A stretch of DNA of 64,000 nt from Octopus vulgaris (Eukaryota), in contig OX597820.1 in assembly GCA_951406725.2 (NCBI GenBank), forward strand, positions 66,836,001-66,900,000, read 5' to 3'. The notes under the pieces are model-generated. The model was given only the letters and a program-made list of their open reading frames with translations. It had not been told where the DNA came from and did no database searches. Within the stretch, counting starts at the first letter, position 1. Each line of letters opens with the position of its first letter. A program made the translations under genes and the position numbers. Shown one piece after another: positions 1 through 12,639 of this stretch.

Positions 1-29
1 ATCTTCCTGGATTCTTCGCAAACAAAAAC

Positions 30-66
30 CTATTATTATTATTACTATTATCATTATTATTTATTA

Positions 67-107
<41 letters not shown>

Positions 108-375
108 GATGATGATGATGAGGATAATAATGATGTTACTAACAATGATTACAATCATTATCATATTTGTTATCAATTTTTCTTTTTGTTTTTGTTTGTT
201 TTATTCATTTTGTTTTTGGTTTGTTTTTGCATTATTGTTGACATGGCTGTTGTTATCAACACATCAATGCTGCTATTATCCTCGTTTTCATCACCATCAT
301 CATCATCATCATCATCAACATCACCACCATTACCATTGTCATCATCATCATCATCATCGTCGTCTTCATCGTCAT
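30..375. repeat. Compound microsatellite (ATT)n/(GAT)n/(CAT)n
   Basis: Direct runs of tattattat, gatgatgat and catcatcat. Confidence 0.9.
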
Positions 376-1039
376 CCACTATGCATTGGCTGGGAATGCA
401 TGAAACTATGCAATCACTGCCACATGTGCATGTATGTATATTTGTATATATGCATATGCACACATATGAATGCCTGTAAGGGGTGGGTGGATGGGTGTTT
501 GTAGTGAGCGATGGTAAAATGGGGGGGTGAGGGGATAGACTCGTGGGGGGGGAAGGATAGCAGATATGATAGAAGAAGAAGAGGAAGAGGAGGAGGAGGG
601 GAAAGAAGGGAGGAAGAAAGATTTCGGTGAGGTTAGCAATGCAAGAGCTGGGGTAGGAGGTTGAAGTGAAGTTGGATAGGTGCAAGGACATGTCGGGAGA
701 TAGGGATGCAGTGAGAAGGGATGGGTGAATACTATAGAAAGTCTGCTGGTTAGGAAGGTGCTTTTGTCATAAAATTCCGGTATCTGAAGACTCATTTCTT
801 CAAAAAAAAAATATTTTAAGAAAAAAAATTTCTAAATAAAAACAGAAAAAATAGCCCCAACCATTATCTCCGCCTCTGCCAGTACTCCTCTCCCCCCTCT
901 CTTTCTCTATTCCTTTTTTTAATAACTAGAAAATTGAAAAATGAAAAAAATATAAAATCACAGCCCCACCCTCTCCCCCACCCCTCAAATATTAAAATCC
1001 TTATGAGACTATTGTCATCCGTTTGGCCTCTGTCACCAC

Positions 1040-1354
1040 TACTGCTACCACAAGTGTCAACATCAGCATCATCATCATCATTGTCACTAGTGTCATTCTA
1101 TTATCATCATTCCATCATCTTCACCGTCGTCATTGTTGCCGTCATGATCATCACCATCATCATCATTCCATCATCATCAGCACCAATGTCGTCACCATCA
1201 TCATCACCATCATCATTGTCATCACCACTACCACCGTCGTCATCATCATTATCATCATCATCACCACCAGCACTATTCCATCATAATCATCATCACCATC
1301 ATCATCATAGTCATCATCATCACTGTCATTGTCATCACCATCCTCATAATAATC

Positions 1355-1386
<32 letters not shown>

Positions 1387-1392
1387 CACTGC
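1040..1392. repeat. Degenerate (CAT/CAC)n trinucleotide tract
   Basis: About 350 bp of catcat/caccat variants. Confidence 0.9.
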
Positions 1393-1412
1393 AATTATTA
1401 CCAGATTCTTTA

Positions 1413-1608
1413 TCTCTTTGTCTTTTTGCTTGTGACAGTCATTAGACTGATGCCAAGCTGGAGCAGCCTGCCTTGAAGGGCGTTTTCTCTCAAACAGTAC
1501 TTAGTGTTTTTGTTTCCTTTTTTTCAAGTCCAATACTTATATTATTGGTGTAGTTTTGCCAAACCTCTAGCTTCCAGGGATGTAAACAAGCCAACACCAG
1601 TTGTCAAA
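1413..1608 (-). mobile_element. SINE family A, 3' half, diverged
   Basis: Reverse complement of the family A 3' segment (cagtcattagactg...gctggagca...aacaccagttgtcaa). Confidence 0.7.
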
Positions 1609-1625
1609 TAGATGTGAAAATATCA

Positions 1626-2003
1626 CAGGAGTCGCTGTGTGGTAAGTAGCTTGCTTACCAACCACTTGGTTCTGGGTTCAGCCCCATTGCTTGGCACCTT
1701 GGTCAAGTGTCTTCTACTATAGTCTCAGGCCATTCAAGGCCTTGTGAGTGGATTTGGTAGATGGAAACTGAAAGAAGCCCATTGTATATATATGTATGTT
1801 TGTGTGTCTGTGTATGTCCCCCCACAACATCGGTTGTCAACCGATGTTGGTGTGTTTGCATCCCTGTAACTTAGCAGTTCAGCAAAAGTGACCGATAGAA
1901 CAAGTACTAGGTTTACAAAGAATAAGTCCTGGGAGTTGATTTGTTCAACTAAAAGCGGTGCTCCAGCATGGCTGCAGTCAAATGACAAATAAAAGAATAA
2001 AAG
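1626..2003 (+). mobile_element. tRNA-derived SINE family A, full length
   Basis: A-box-like GTCGCTGTGTGGTAAG, B-box-like GGTTCAGCCC, CCTTGGTCAAGTGTC body, central (TA)(TG) microsatellite, 3' end GCTCCAGCATGGCTGCAGTCAAATGAC plus A-rich tail. More than 15 related copies in the window. Confidence 0.9.
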
Positions 2004-2099
2004 AACAATCATACATAGACATGGTTGTGTGGCTTTAAGAAGCTTGCATTTTTTGCAACCTTGTGGTCTCAGGTTCAGTCCCACTGCACAGCTACCTAC

Positions 2100-2740
2100 A
2101 ACACTACTGCTACCTTAAACATCACCACCACCACCACCACCATTGCCATCACCACTACCACCATCATCCCCACCACTACCATTACCACCATCGCCACTAC
2201 CACCACCACCATCACCATCGTTACTACAATAACCACCACTACCATCACCACTAACGTCACCACCACTACCATCACTACCACCACCACCACCACCACCATC
2301 GTTACTACCCTTATATCAGAAAGGTCTTCAGGAAGGAACATTTCTCTTTTTTTTCCCTCTCTCCAATTCCACAAACAACAGAACCATATTGCAATCTTGG
2401 AATTGTTCTTCAGACTGACTCACTCTGTGTGTCTCAGACATCATTGTTGTTGCCATTACTGTTGTTGTTGTTGTCATTCACAACTTGTGGGGGTGTTGTG
2501 GCTGTTGTTATTGTTGTAACTCCTGCTGCTGCTGCTGTTATTGTAATTTGTGGGTGCTGTAGAAGCTGTTGTTGTTGTTACAGGTGTAGTTGCAGAGATA
2601 GCCTTTGTTATTGTTTCTGCTGTTCTTGTTGTTGTTATTGTTGTAACATGCAGCTGATGTAGCTTTTTGTTATTGTTGTTGTTGTCGTTGTTGTTATTGA
2701 AATTGTTGTAGTTGTAGGATCTCTTGTTGATGTTGTTGTC
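2100..2740. repeat. (CAC)n tract followed by (TTG)n tract
   Basis: Low-complexity trinucleotide repeats. Confidence 0.85.
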
Positions 2741-3354
2741 GTTGTCGTCACTTTGTACATCTTTCTTCTCCTCCTGGTTATTCTGAATCAGGGATTGCAA
2801 TACTGCTATATCCTCCTCCTCCTCCCCATCATCATCATCATCATCTTCCTTTCATTCCATCATCTTCATGCTTTCTCCCCGACACTCCCCTCCCCCCACA
2901 CATATACACAAACTCTACAACAATCAAATCCATCTATATTCCTCATTATCATCATCATCATCACCACCACCATTACCACCACCACCATCACATCAGCCAT
3001 CCATACCATCACTACCCTCATTGTTGTTTCTAGGTGTATCTATTCCACCACCATCCCTTCAACCCCCCCCCCCCCCACACACACACACACACTTTGTCAT
3101 CTTTGTGGTTGTCATATCTCTTCCCTTCCCTCACATTGTCTCAACATATCCACCACCATCACCACCACCACATTTTCTTTACACATTGTTATTACCAGTC
3201 ATTGCAGCTCCCCCCCCCCTCATCTATGAACCTCTTTGAGTACTATTTTGTTCTGGTGAATCCCACCCATAGCCATTCAATGGTTAAAAACTAGTTTTAT
3301 AGAACCTTCTTTCAAGATCCCCCCCGTTTTGTTTTACATATAGTTTTGTTTTTA

Positions 3355-3461
3355 AAGACAGGGAGCTGGCAGAAATGTTAGCATGCTGGGCGAAATGCTT
3401 TGCAGTATTTCATCTGTCTTTATGTTCTGAGTTCAAATTCCACCGAGGTTGACTTTGCTTT
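3355..3461 (+). mobile_element. SINE family C, 5' half, interrupted by a family A copy
   Basis: GAGCTGGCAGAAATGTTAGC...TTCTGAGTTCAAATTCCACCGAGGTTGACTTTGC abuts the SINE A head at 3462. Confidence 0.85.
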
Positions 3462-3625
3462 AGGCGTAGGAGTGGCTGTGTAGTAAGTAGCTTGCTTACC
3501 AACCACATGATTCCAGGTTCAGTCCCACTGCATAGCACTTTGGGCAAGTGTCTCCTACTATAGCCTTGGGCCAACCAAAACCTTGAGTGGATTTGGAAAC
3601 TGAAAGAAGCCTATCGTATATAAGT

Positions 3626-3670
<45 letters not shown>

Positions 3671-3889
3671 TGTGTGCGTGTGTGTCTGTGTTTGTCCCCC
3701 CAACATAGCTTGACAACCGATGCTGGTGTGTTTATGTCCCTGTAACTTAGCGGTTCAACAAAAGAGACCAATAGAATAAGTACTAGTCTTACAAAGAATA
3801 AGTCCCGGGGATCGATTCGCTAGACTAAAGGCAGTGCTCCAGCATGGCCACAGTCAAATGGCTGAAACAAGTAAAAGAGTAAAAGAGAA
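3462..3889 (+). mobile_element. SINE family A, full length
   Basis: GGCGTAGGAGTGGCTGTG head through GAAACAAGTAAAAGAG tail. Confidence 0.9.
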
Positions 3890-4136
3890 TACATTAACTT
3901 GTGTAGGTTGAATTATGTAAAATATTAGATAAAGAAACCTTGCTGTTTCTTGCAATACACACCAATACATACATCTAAATAAAGCAGGGATTCTCTACCA
4001 TTTTATAGAAGCTTCTTTCAAAATTCCTATTTTGTTTTTCCCACATTAATTTGTCTAAGTTGAACTCTGTAAAATGTTAGAGAAAGAAACCTAGATGTTT
4101 CTTGCAATACACACCAATACATACATCTAAATAAAG

Positions 4137-4579
4137 CAGAGATTCTCAACCATTTTCCATCTATGAACTTCTTTGATTACTTTTTCTTTGTAAGCCTACT
4201 ACATATTCTATCGGTGTCTCTTGTGAAACCGCTAAGTGACGGGGACGTAAACACACCAGCATCGGTTATCAAGCGATGTTGGGAGGAGAAACACAGACAC
4301 ACAAACATGTACACACACATACATATGTATACATATATATATACAACGGGCTTCTTTCAGTTTCTGTCTACCAAATCCACTCACAAGACTTTGGTCAGTA
4401 CGAGGCTATAGTAGAAGACACTTGTCCAAGGTGCCATGCAGTGGGACAGAACCATGTGGTTGGTAAGCAAGCTACTAACCACACAGCCACTGCTACGCCT
4501 ATTGTACTGTGTCCCCAATTTATTATTTCGCTTGCATGAACCCCCAAGGGTCATATGGACCCTGATTGAAAACCAACAG
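4137..4579. mobile_element. hAT(Charlie)-like MITE with a nested minus-strand SINE A (about 4181-4500)
   Basis: Ends CAGAGATTCTCAACCATTTT and GGACCCCTGATTGAAAACC match the element at 9257-9697. Confidence 0.6.
4181..4500 (-). mobile_element. SINE family A
   Basis: Reverse-complement match to the 3462-3889 copy. Confidence 0.9.
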
Positions 4580-4659
4580 ATACAGAAAATCCCTCAGTAT
4601 CTTGTGATTGTAGTGGTATAATTTCAGTAGTAAGTAGCTCTTTTTTTGGTTTTATCTCT

Positions 4660-4820
4660 TCGACCCTAGGTGACAAACTGAATCAAAGACATTCCAGCAC
4701 TGACCATTCCTTCTTATTGTTGAGACGTAGTGTATCTGAGAGTATTTTTATTTTTACGCGTTCTCCCTATCATCTTGAAGACAGTAAGGTATGATTTGAG
4801 GGAAATTTAGCTGCTTCTAT
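4660..4820 (-). mobile_element. Interspersed repeat family G (unclassified retroposon-like), diverged
   Basis: Reverse complement of the GGATGGTC..GGAATGTCTTTGATC..CTGACCTGGGGCTAAACAAC module seen at 48100-48600. Confidence 0.6.
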
Positions 4821-5255
4821 ATATTTATGTAATGTCATTATGGCACCACTTTGACCTAGGTTGTGGTGACAGCAGAAGTGGCGGTGGCACTGGTGATGAG
4901 TAGCCAGGTAGATAAATAGGAAGGCTGGGGTATCTTAGCATCACGACATTAATAGAAAATTTACAAAGTAAAAAAAATGAATGAATCTCTGAATATTCTC
5001 TTTCCTATATCCATTCCTGTTAATTACATAGAATACAAATTTTCTTCATGTTTCAATTCGACGTTCTGGTAATGATGTTTTTTGGTGTTGTTTTGCTTAT
5101 TTTTGTTTCTTTAACGATATTTTTTTTTTCAATTTCTTCTGCAAAATTATATGGCTTGTATGTTTACAAATACACATAGATTATCAACACATAATAGATT
5201 AGCAGGATTTACTGCAATAAGCTAACAATAATAATAATAATAAAAGTAATAATCA

Positions 5256-5446
5256 TCTTTCTACTATAGGCTCAAGGCATGAAATTTGGGGTAGGGGTAG
5301 TCAGTTACATCGACCCCAGTGCGTAATTGGTACTGATTTTATCGACCCTGAAAGGACGAAAGGCAATGTCGACCTCGGCAGAATTTGAACTCAGAACATA
5401 ACGGCAGATGAAATACCACTTAACAATTCTGCCAGCTTGCCGCGTT

Positions 5447-5484
<38 letters not shown>

Positions 5485-6250
5485 TGATGATGATGATGAT
5501 TTCCCATTTTTGCACAAGGCCAGCAATTTTGGGGGAAAATCATTTACATCGATCCCAATGCTTGATCAGTACTTTATATTATTGACCCCGGAAGGGTGAA
5601 AGGTAAAGTCGACGTCGATGGAATTTGAACTCAGAACGTGTAGACAGACAGAATGCCACTAAGCATTATGCTTGATCTAATAATGATTCTGCCAGCTCAC
5701 CACCTCAATAATTTCTACTGTAGGCACAAAGCCTGAAATTTTAGGGGAGGGGCCTAGTCAACCCCAATATTTCACTGATAGTTATTTTATCAACCCCAGA
5801 ATTGCAGAATTTGAACTCAGAGCATGGAGACAAATGAAATGCTGCTAGGCATTTTGTCCCATGATCTAGAAATTCTGCCAACTCACAGCCTTAATAATAA
5901 TAATAATAATAATAATCCTTTCTACTTTAGGCACAAGGCCTGAAATTTTGGGGGAGGAGACTAGTCGATTAAGTCGACCCCAATGTTTCATCTGTACTTA
6001 ATTTATTGACCCCCAAAAGGATAAAAGGCAAAGTTGATCTCAGCAGAATTTGAACTCGGATCGTCAAGGCAGACAAAATACCGCTAAGCATTTCGCCTGA
6101 CATGCTAATGATTCTGCCAGCTCACCACCTTCACCTTAATAATAACAATAATAATAATGATAATAATAATAGTCATTTCTACTATACCCACAAGTCCTGA
6201 AATTTTAGGGGAAGGGGACCAATTAATTTCGTTGACCCCAGTACTCGAGT
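5256..6250 (-). mobile_element. Head-to-tail array of five SINE family C copies separated by (TAA)n
   Basis: Repeated units TTTCTACT-AGGC-CAAGGCCTGAAATTT...GACCCCA...GAATTTGAACTCAG...TTCTGCCAGCTC at about 5256, 5500, 5712, 5915 and 6175 (last one partial). Confidence 0.9.
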
Positions 6251-6520
6251 TGTAGATGGAAACTAAAAGAAGCCCATCATTTATATATGTGTGTGTTTAT
6301 GTATTTGTATGTCTGTGTTTGTCCTCCCACTATCACTTGACAACCGATGTTGGTGTGTTTACATCCCTGTAACTTAGCGGTTCGGCAAAGGAGACCAATA
6401 GAATAAGTACTAGGCTTACAAACAATGAGTCCTGGGGTCGATTTGTTCGACTAAAAGGCAGTGTTCCAGCATGGCTGCAGTCAAAATGACTGAAACAAAT
6501 AAAATAAAATAAACTAAAAT
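6251..6520 (+). mobile_element. SINE family A, 5'-truncated
   Basis: GTAGATGGAAACTAAAAGAAGCCC through AATGACTGAAAC plus A-rich tail. Confidence 0.85.
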
Positions 6521-6739
6521 AAAAAATATTAGAATTTCAATTTAAGACACTAAAGCCAGTCCTGACATGTTAGGTCTTCTGTCCTGGCCGTCCCCTTAAT
6601 CCTTACCAACTTCTAAATTGCTATTGTTTACCTTTTTGCTTCACCTGTCCTTCAGGACCTGTTTCAATGGCTTGTGTTGGGTTGGAGGTGAGGTTTTGGT
6701 GAAGGTGGGTGCTTAACAGGGGAAGAATTATCTCACTTC

Positions 6740-7170
6740 ACTTTTGTTGCTTCTTTCTTTCTTTCTTTTCTTCTGCTTTTTTCTTCTTTTTTTTTTCTTT
6801 TTACCTTATGTCATCTTTTCTCAACCCCTTTCTTCCTTCCTTTTTGCTTCCTTTTCTTTCCTTCTTCCTTCCTCTCTTTTTATCTTTCTATTCTTCCCTG
6901 CTTTCTGCTTTTCTTTCCTTCCACTCTTTCTTTCTTTCCATCTTTCTTTCTCTCTCTCTTTCTTTCTTTCTCTCTCTCTCTCTCTTTCTTTCTTTCTCTC
7001 TCTCTTTCTTTCTTTGTTTCTTTGTTTCTCTCTTTCTTTCTTTCTTTCTGTCTCTCTCTTTCTTTCTTCCTTTGTTTCTTTCTTTCTTTCCATGTTTCTT
7101 TCTCTCTCCCTTTCTTTCTTTGTTTCTTTCTTTCCTTCTTTTTTCGTTTTCTTCTTTCTTTATTTATTTC
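6740..7170. repeat. Polypyrimidine (CT/CTTT)n tract
   Basis: About 430 bp almost entirely C/T on the + strand. Confidence 0.9.
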
Positions 7171-7199
7171 TTCTGGAATCCTTTTTTACTTTCCATCCT

Positions 7200-7545
7200 T
7201 GTTAGTGGATTTTGCAGATGGAAACTGAGAGAAGCCTATCATGTAAAACTGTGTGCATGTGTGTCCTCTTGCCTTGACATTGTGTGACGGCTGTAAACAA
7301 GCATTACCTCCATACAAGCAGTGTTGTTTGTTTCCAATATTTCTATGAAAACATGTCTAGTGATGGGGAAGCATTACCTTGCTTCGAAGCGGGTGAGGGT
7401 TAGCAACAGGAAGGGTATCCAGCTGTAGACAGTCTGCATCTGTGAACTCCACCCATCCAACCCATGCAAGCATGGAAAAAAGAAAGATATGATCATGACA
7501 ATGATGATAATGATGATGACGACGATGATGATGATGATGACGATG
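7200..7545 (+). mobile_element. SINE family B (family A-type body with RTE-like 3' tail), 5'-truncated
   Basis: GTGGATTTTGCAGATGGAAACTGAGAGAAGCC, then GGAAGGGTATCCAGCTGTAG...CCCATGCAAGCATGGAAAA plus (GAT)n. Confidence 0.75.
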
Positions 7546-8084
7546 TGCCTTTCTTCTTCATTTTCTTTTCCCTCTGTCATCCTTACTTATTTTTTTTTTT
7601 CATTTTTCTTCACTTCTTTCTTTTCTGCCGTCTTTCCTTTCTTCTTTCCTCTCTTTTTTTTTTTCTTTCTCCCCTTTCGTGCCAAGCCTCTTCACTTTTA
7701 TGTTGTATTTTTGTGTCTGGCAAAAAAAAACAACAACAAAAAAACAAAAAAAAACAGCAACTGAAGCAGATTTGCAACAACAACAACAACACCACCACCA
7801 ACAACAACAACAACACCAACTGTACTCTGTTATGATAACAACTAGAAATGTCAAACAGATATGACTTGTAGTGCTAATAATCCTAAGGGATGTTTTTGTT
7901 TTGTTTTCTATTCTCTACTTATTCTTATATTCTTATTGAGTGGGGGATGGGGGTTGGGGTGGGGTGAGAGAAGGGTGGGTAGTGGGGTTGGGGGACAACA
8001 ACCAAACATTGGTTTCTGCTGACTAGAATGATTAATTCTCTTTGAAAGAGAGAACTGGCAAATGAAGGGAAAAGAACGGTCAGG

Positions 8085-8345
8085 GAATTATGTGTGTGTG
8101 TGTATGTATACATATATATATGTATATATACATATATATACATATATACACACATATACATACACACATATATACATATATATAAATATATATACACATA
8201 TACATTTATACATACACTTATATTTATATACATATGTGTGCATGTGTGTGTGTGTATATATATTTACATACATACATACATACATATGTTCTCACACACA
8301 TGCACGCATACACATACACACACATGCACGTGCACACACACAACA
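8085..8345. repeat. (TA)/(CA)/(TG) mixed microsatellite
   Basis: Direct observation. Confidence 0.9.
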
Positions 8346-8524
8346 CTAGGTTGTACCTATTGTGTAAAGTTTAAATTGATCTGTTGTTGATTTCGTCTCC
8401 ATTTTTTTTTAAGCCAATGGAGACCTCACTCCTACCCCCCACTGTTCTTGTTTATCATCCTCTTACCATCTCCCAATGTCTTGAACCCCTTGTGACCAAT
8501 CAAAGAAATCGTGATTACGTGTGC

Positions 8525-8695
8525 AGTGGAGTGGCAGAATTGTTGGTAAAACTATTTTGCAATATTTGTTCCTGTTCTTTGCATTCTGAGTTCAAATCCA
8601 GCCGAGGTCAACTTTGCCTGTCATCTTGTGGGACTGGTAAGATAAAGTACCAATGACATACTGTGGTTGATTGTATTGACAAATCGCTCCCACTC
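8525..8695 (+). mobile_element. SINE family C, diverged
   Basis: TGGCAGAAT...TTCTGAGTTCAAATCC..GAGGTCAACTTTGCC...AAGTACCA. Confidence 0.7.
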
Positions 8696-8698
8696 TAA

Positions 8699-9228
8699 CT
8701 GTATTTCTGTTGAGATGCTCTGCGTTTCTTTCAATTAATTTTAAATATAGCAAAGAATTTAGTAAAATAACTTGGTAATCATTAAGTTAATGTTAGGAAC
8801 ATAAATTATGACTAAGGTTTGGTGGAAGATTTTAATTCAAAACTTATAGAAACAAGATATTTGTACTACAGAGCCAGAGGCAGTTTCAGCTGGGTTGGTA
8901 TCGAAAGGGTTAAGAATTGTTTCTCTATTATATATTTTAACCCTTTTGTTACCATATTTCTGTTGAGATGCTCTGTGTTTCTTTCAATTGATTTTAAATA
9001 TAACAAAGAATTTAGTAAAATAACTTAGTTTATCATTAACCCTTTTGTTACCAACCCAGCTGAAACCAGCTCCGGCTCTGAGTACAAATGTCTTGTTTTC
9101 ATAAGTTTTGAATTAAAATCTTCCACCTAACCTTAGTCACTATTTATGTTCCTAACACTAGGTGAATGATAACTAAGTTATTTACTAAATTGTTTGTTAT
9201 ATTTAAAATTAATTGAAAGAAACACAGT
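8699..9228. mobile_element. piggyBac-type MITE cluster (dimer plus inverted nested copy)
   Basis: About 220-bp units bounded by TTAA-CCCTTTTGTTACCA and TGGTATCGAAAGGG-TTAA. A third copy sits in reverse orientation at an internal TTAA (about 9036). Confidence 0.85.
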
Positions 9229-9256
9229 ATGGATCAATCCAGCCCGAGGCTATATA

Positions 9257-9697
9257 CAGTGGTTCTCAACCATTTTCTGCCTACGGACCCCTTTGATTCC
9301 TGTTTTACTCGGAAGGACCTCTATATCCATTTGAGGTTTAAAGTATCCTATTATATTTTTAGAATTAAACAGGTAGAATCATTAGCCTGCTGGACAAAAT
9401 GCCTAGTGGTATTTTGTCCATCATTACGTTCTGAGTTCAAATTCCACCAAGGTTGACTTCCGCCTTTGTCATTCATTCTTTTGGGGGTTGATAAATTAAG
9501 TACCAGCTGAGCACTGGGGTCGATGTAATTGACTGGTCCCCTTCCTGTAAATTTCCGGCTTTGCAACTCTAGTAAAATGGATTATTAGGAATTGTATTAA
9601 AAAAATTAAAATATTTGGTGCATTGTAGAAAAAACCAATTTATTTCATATAAATTTCAACAACAAAGTCTTACGTGGACCCTGACTGAGAACCCCTG
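9257..9697. mobile_element. hAT(Charlie)-like MITE with nested SINE C (about 9370-9587), itself inserted in a minus-strand SINE A remnant
   Basis: Termini CAGTGGTTCTCAACC and ACTGAGAACCCCTG. The flanks GCCCGAGGCTATA | TATAGTAGAA are contiguous SINE A sequence. Confidence 0.75.
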
Positions 9698-10358
9698 CTT
9701 ATAGTAGAATAAAATTCACTTCCCCGAAGTGCCAGTCAGCCCAGTAGAACTGAACCCAAGACCATACAGTTGTCAAGCAAACACATTAACCAGGCAGCCA
9801 CCCACTCACCTACGCTCAGCTTTGTTTTTCTTGTTCAAAGCAGTATCATATTTAAAAGCCGAACTGTGGGAAAATAACTAAAACAAAGTAACTAAAACAT
9901 AAGGAAAACAGCAGTGTAATAATCAATTTTAAGAAAATTAGAAAAAAAAAAACTGTCCTAAAACTTCATTAAGATTTCAATTTTCTATAATGAGTCTAAA
10001 AGGATGATAGCTGGAGACTTTGTTGTTTTTGTTGTTCTTGAAGTGCTCCTAATCTTTGTCGTTATCGTCGTTATATTTATTATTGTTGTTATATTCTAGT
10101 ATGTCATTATCATTATTATCATGTTACTAATAGCACAATGACAGTAAAATTTGTGTTTCTGCTAAAATATAATACTGAAACAGTAATAATAATTTTTCCA
10201 TTATTTTAACGATATTAAAAATGGTTATTTATATACGTGAGTACATAAACACAAACACATTCTTATGTATGCACACAGATATATATATATATATATATGC
10301 ATGTACAGATATATATATACACACTACATATAACACACACACAAATACAACACATATC

Positions 10359-10394
<36 letters not shown>

Positions 10395-10996
10395 GAGTGT
10401 ATGTACACATACATGTGTATAGACATACACACACATATATATATGCACATGCATAAATATGTATAGGCATATACACGTATATAAATACACACGTACATAT
10501 ATATATTCACATACCGAAATATGTAGATACTCACATATGCTTAATATTTATAAACACACACACACATAATATAAATACACAAACACACCTCTTTATTAAT
10601 TTAATACCTTTAATAGCATGGGAAATTAAAATAGACAATTGCTCTCACGCATTCACATTTTGTATGCACACACACACACTCACACACACACACACACGTA
10701 TCTACACACTCACACACATACATTCAAACACTTATAAATTAGTGTCAATTTAGTGTCAGAGTAATGAAAATTACACAGTGTCACTTATAGTAGAAAATTA
10801 AAAACACTGGAAAAACAACAACAGTAACAACAGGAAAAAAGAACAACCTCCTCCCCCCACCTGTACACACATACACACAAATAAATAAATATAAAAATAC
10901 CATCTAAATGACCTCAAATGTCACATTTAAAGAACGGAACACATTTTCGGTTTGTTTTTACTAACTGAGAAGTGTGGTCTTATATTCTGTTAGGAA

Positions 10997-11170
10997 CACT
11001 TTAGCATCTAAACCAGTTATATCCAGCCCAAATATTTATTCTACCTGTTTTATGTTCAGACTGACCAGATCCAGCCTTTCACACCTACCCTACAATGTTA
11101 TTCTAAAAATAAGCAATCGCATTATTGAAATCTCGAAAGCTGGTATTGAAATCACAAAAGCTACAAAATA
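10997..11170. mobile_element. Partial copy of second piggyBac-type MITE
   Basis: CTTTAGCAT...ATTCTACCTG..TATGTTCA.ACTGACCAGATC..CACACCTACCCT is shared with 49116-49290. Confidence 0.7.
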
Positions 11171-11279
11171 ATGAATTTTGGCCCCTCTGCTAGCAAACCA
11201 TTAAGGAGACATCTACATGTGTGCATGACTTGTTAGTAATAGTAGCCAAATCTCCCTCAAATTATGCCCTGATATCATC

Positions 11280-11665
11280 ATTATTCTTTAATGTCCACTT
11301 CTTCGTGTTTGCATGGAGCCAATGGTGTTTATTGAGGCAGATATTTTTTGGCCCTTCCTGTGGTCAGCCCACACCTGCCACCAAGCAAGTTAATGTTTCC
11401 TCATGACTAGACCAGACCAGGTCTGTTCTTGTGGTAGATTGGAAACAAACGACACCACTTGTATGACAGTGACACTCGCTTACAACTATCGTGTGATGTC
11501 AAAGCATGGAGACCCACACTCATGCACAAGCACACATACACCCATACATGTGTATGTATGGGTGTATACTGTATGATGGACTTTTTTCAGTTTCTCTCTA
11601 CCAAATCTTCTCACAAGACTTGGTCAATCTGGGCCTATATTAGAAGACACTTCCTCAAATTACTT
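11280..11665 (-). mobile_element. SINE family B, diverged
   Basis: Reverse complement of the B tail (TTTAATGTCCACTT..GCATGG) and A-type body (TTTCAGTTTC..CTACCAAATC). Confidence 0.7.
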
Positions 11666-11720
11666 CCATAAAAATTATGCACAGACACCTTAGTAGCTTG
11701 TGTTTAATTCATAGGCACAA

Positions 11721-11775
<55 letters not shown>

Positions 11776-11945
11776 GACTCTCACTCTCTCTCTCTTCTCC
11801 TTTCTCCCCACTTCTTTCTTTCTACCATGTGGCCACCAACATCTAGCTACACGTGTGTACCACATGTGAGATATTACATGTGTCAGACTGCTGCAGTCAT
11901 TTCTGCTAATATAACAATTTATCTTCTCATAATTATACAGAGTGT

Positions 11946-11983
<38 letters not shown>

Positions 11984-12128
11984 ATTTCATAATGTTCTTG
12001 TGTGAGTTTGTGTTCTATGTTGTATGTGTGTGTATCTATGTATTTGTGTATTTTTGTGCATATGTACATCTTATGTATGGGAATATACATGTATGTGTGT
12101 GTGTGCATGTGTATAAATGTATGTGTGC

Positions 12129-12162
<34 letters not shown>

Positions 12163-12639
12163 TTGTGCATATATTCATGTGAGCCTTTGTGTATGTATAT
12201 GTATGTGCGCATTTACACACACATATATATATACATCTTTTCATGTGTTTATATACATGTGTAATACTATTACACACATCTGTGCATACTTAAATGTCTG
12301 TACATGCAAATGTCTGTGTGTATGTGCATGTATAAATGCTCACATGTATGAATATGTGTTGTAAGTGTGTGTGTGTAAGTGTGTGTGCGTGTGTGTGTAA
12401 GTGTGTGTGTGTGTGTGTGTGAGCTCGGCTGATTGAAACCAGCTGAAGTATTTTTAAAACATAAACAAAAACAATATGGAAAAATATAAACTTTGTTTCT
12501 TTTGTTTTTTTTTAGTAGTATTATGATTGTGTTAACACCACCACCACCACTACCACCAACACAACTACATAAGCACACCACCACCTACACTTTGCCATGA
12601 CCACTTTGCTAGTGATGTCACAGATGCTCTTTATTTCTG

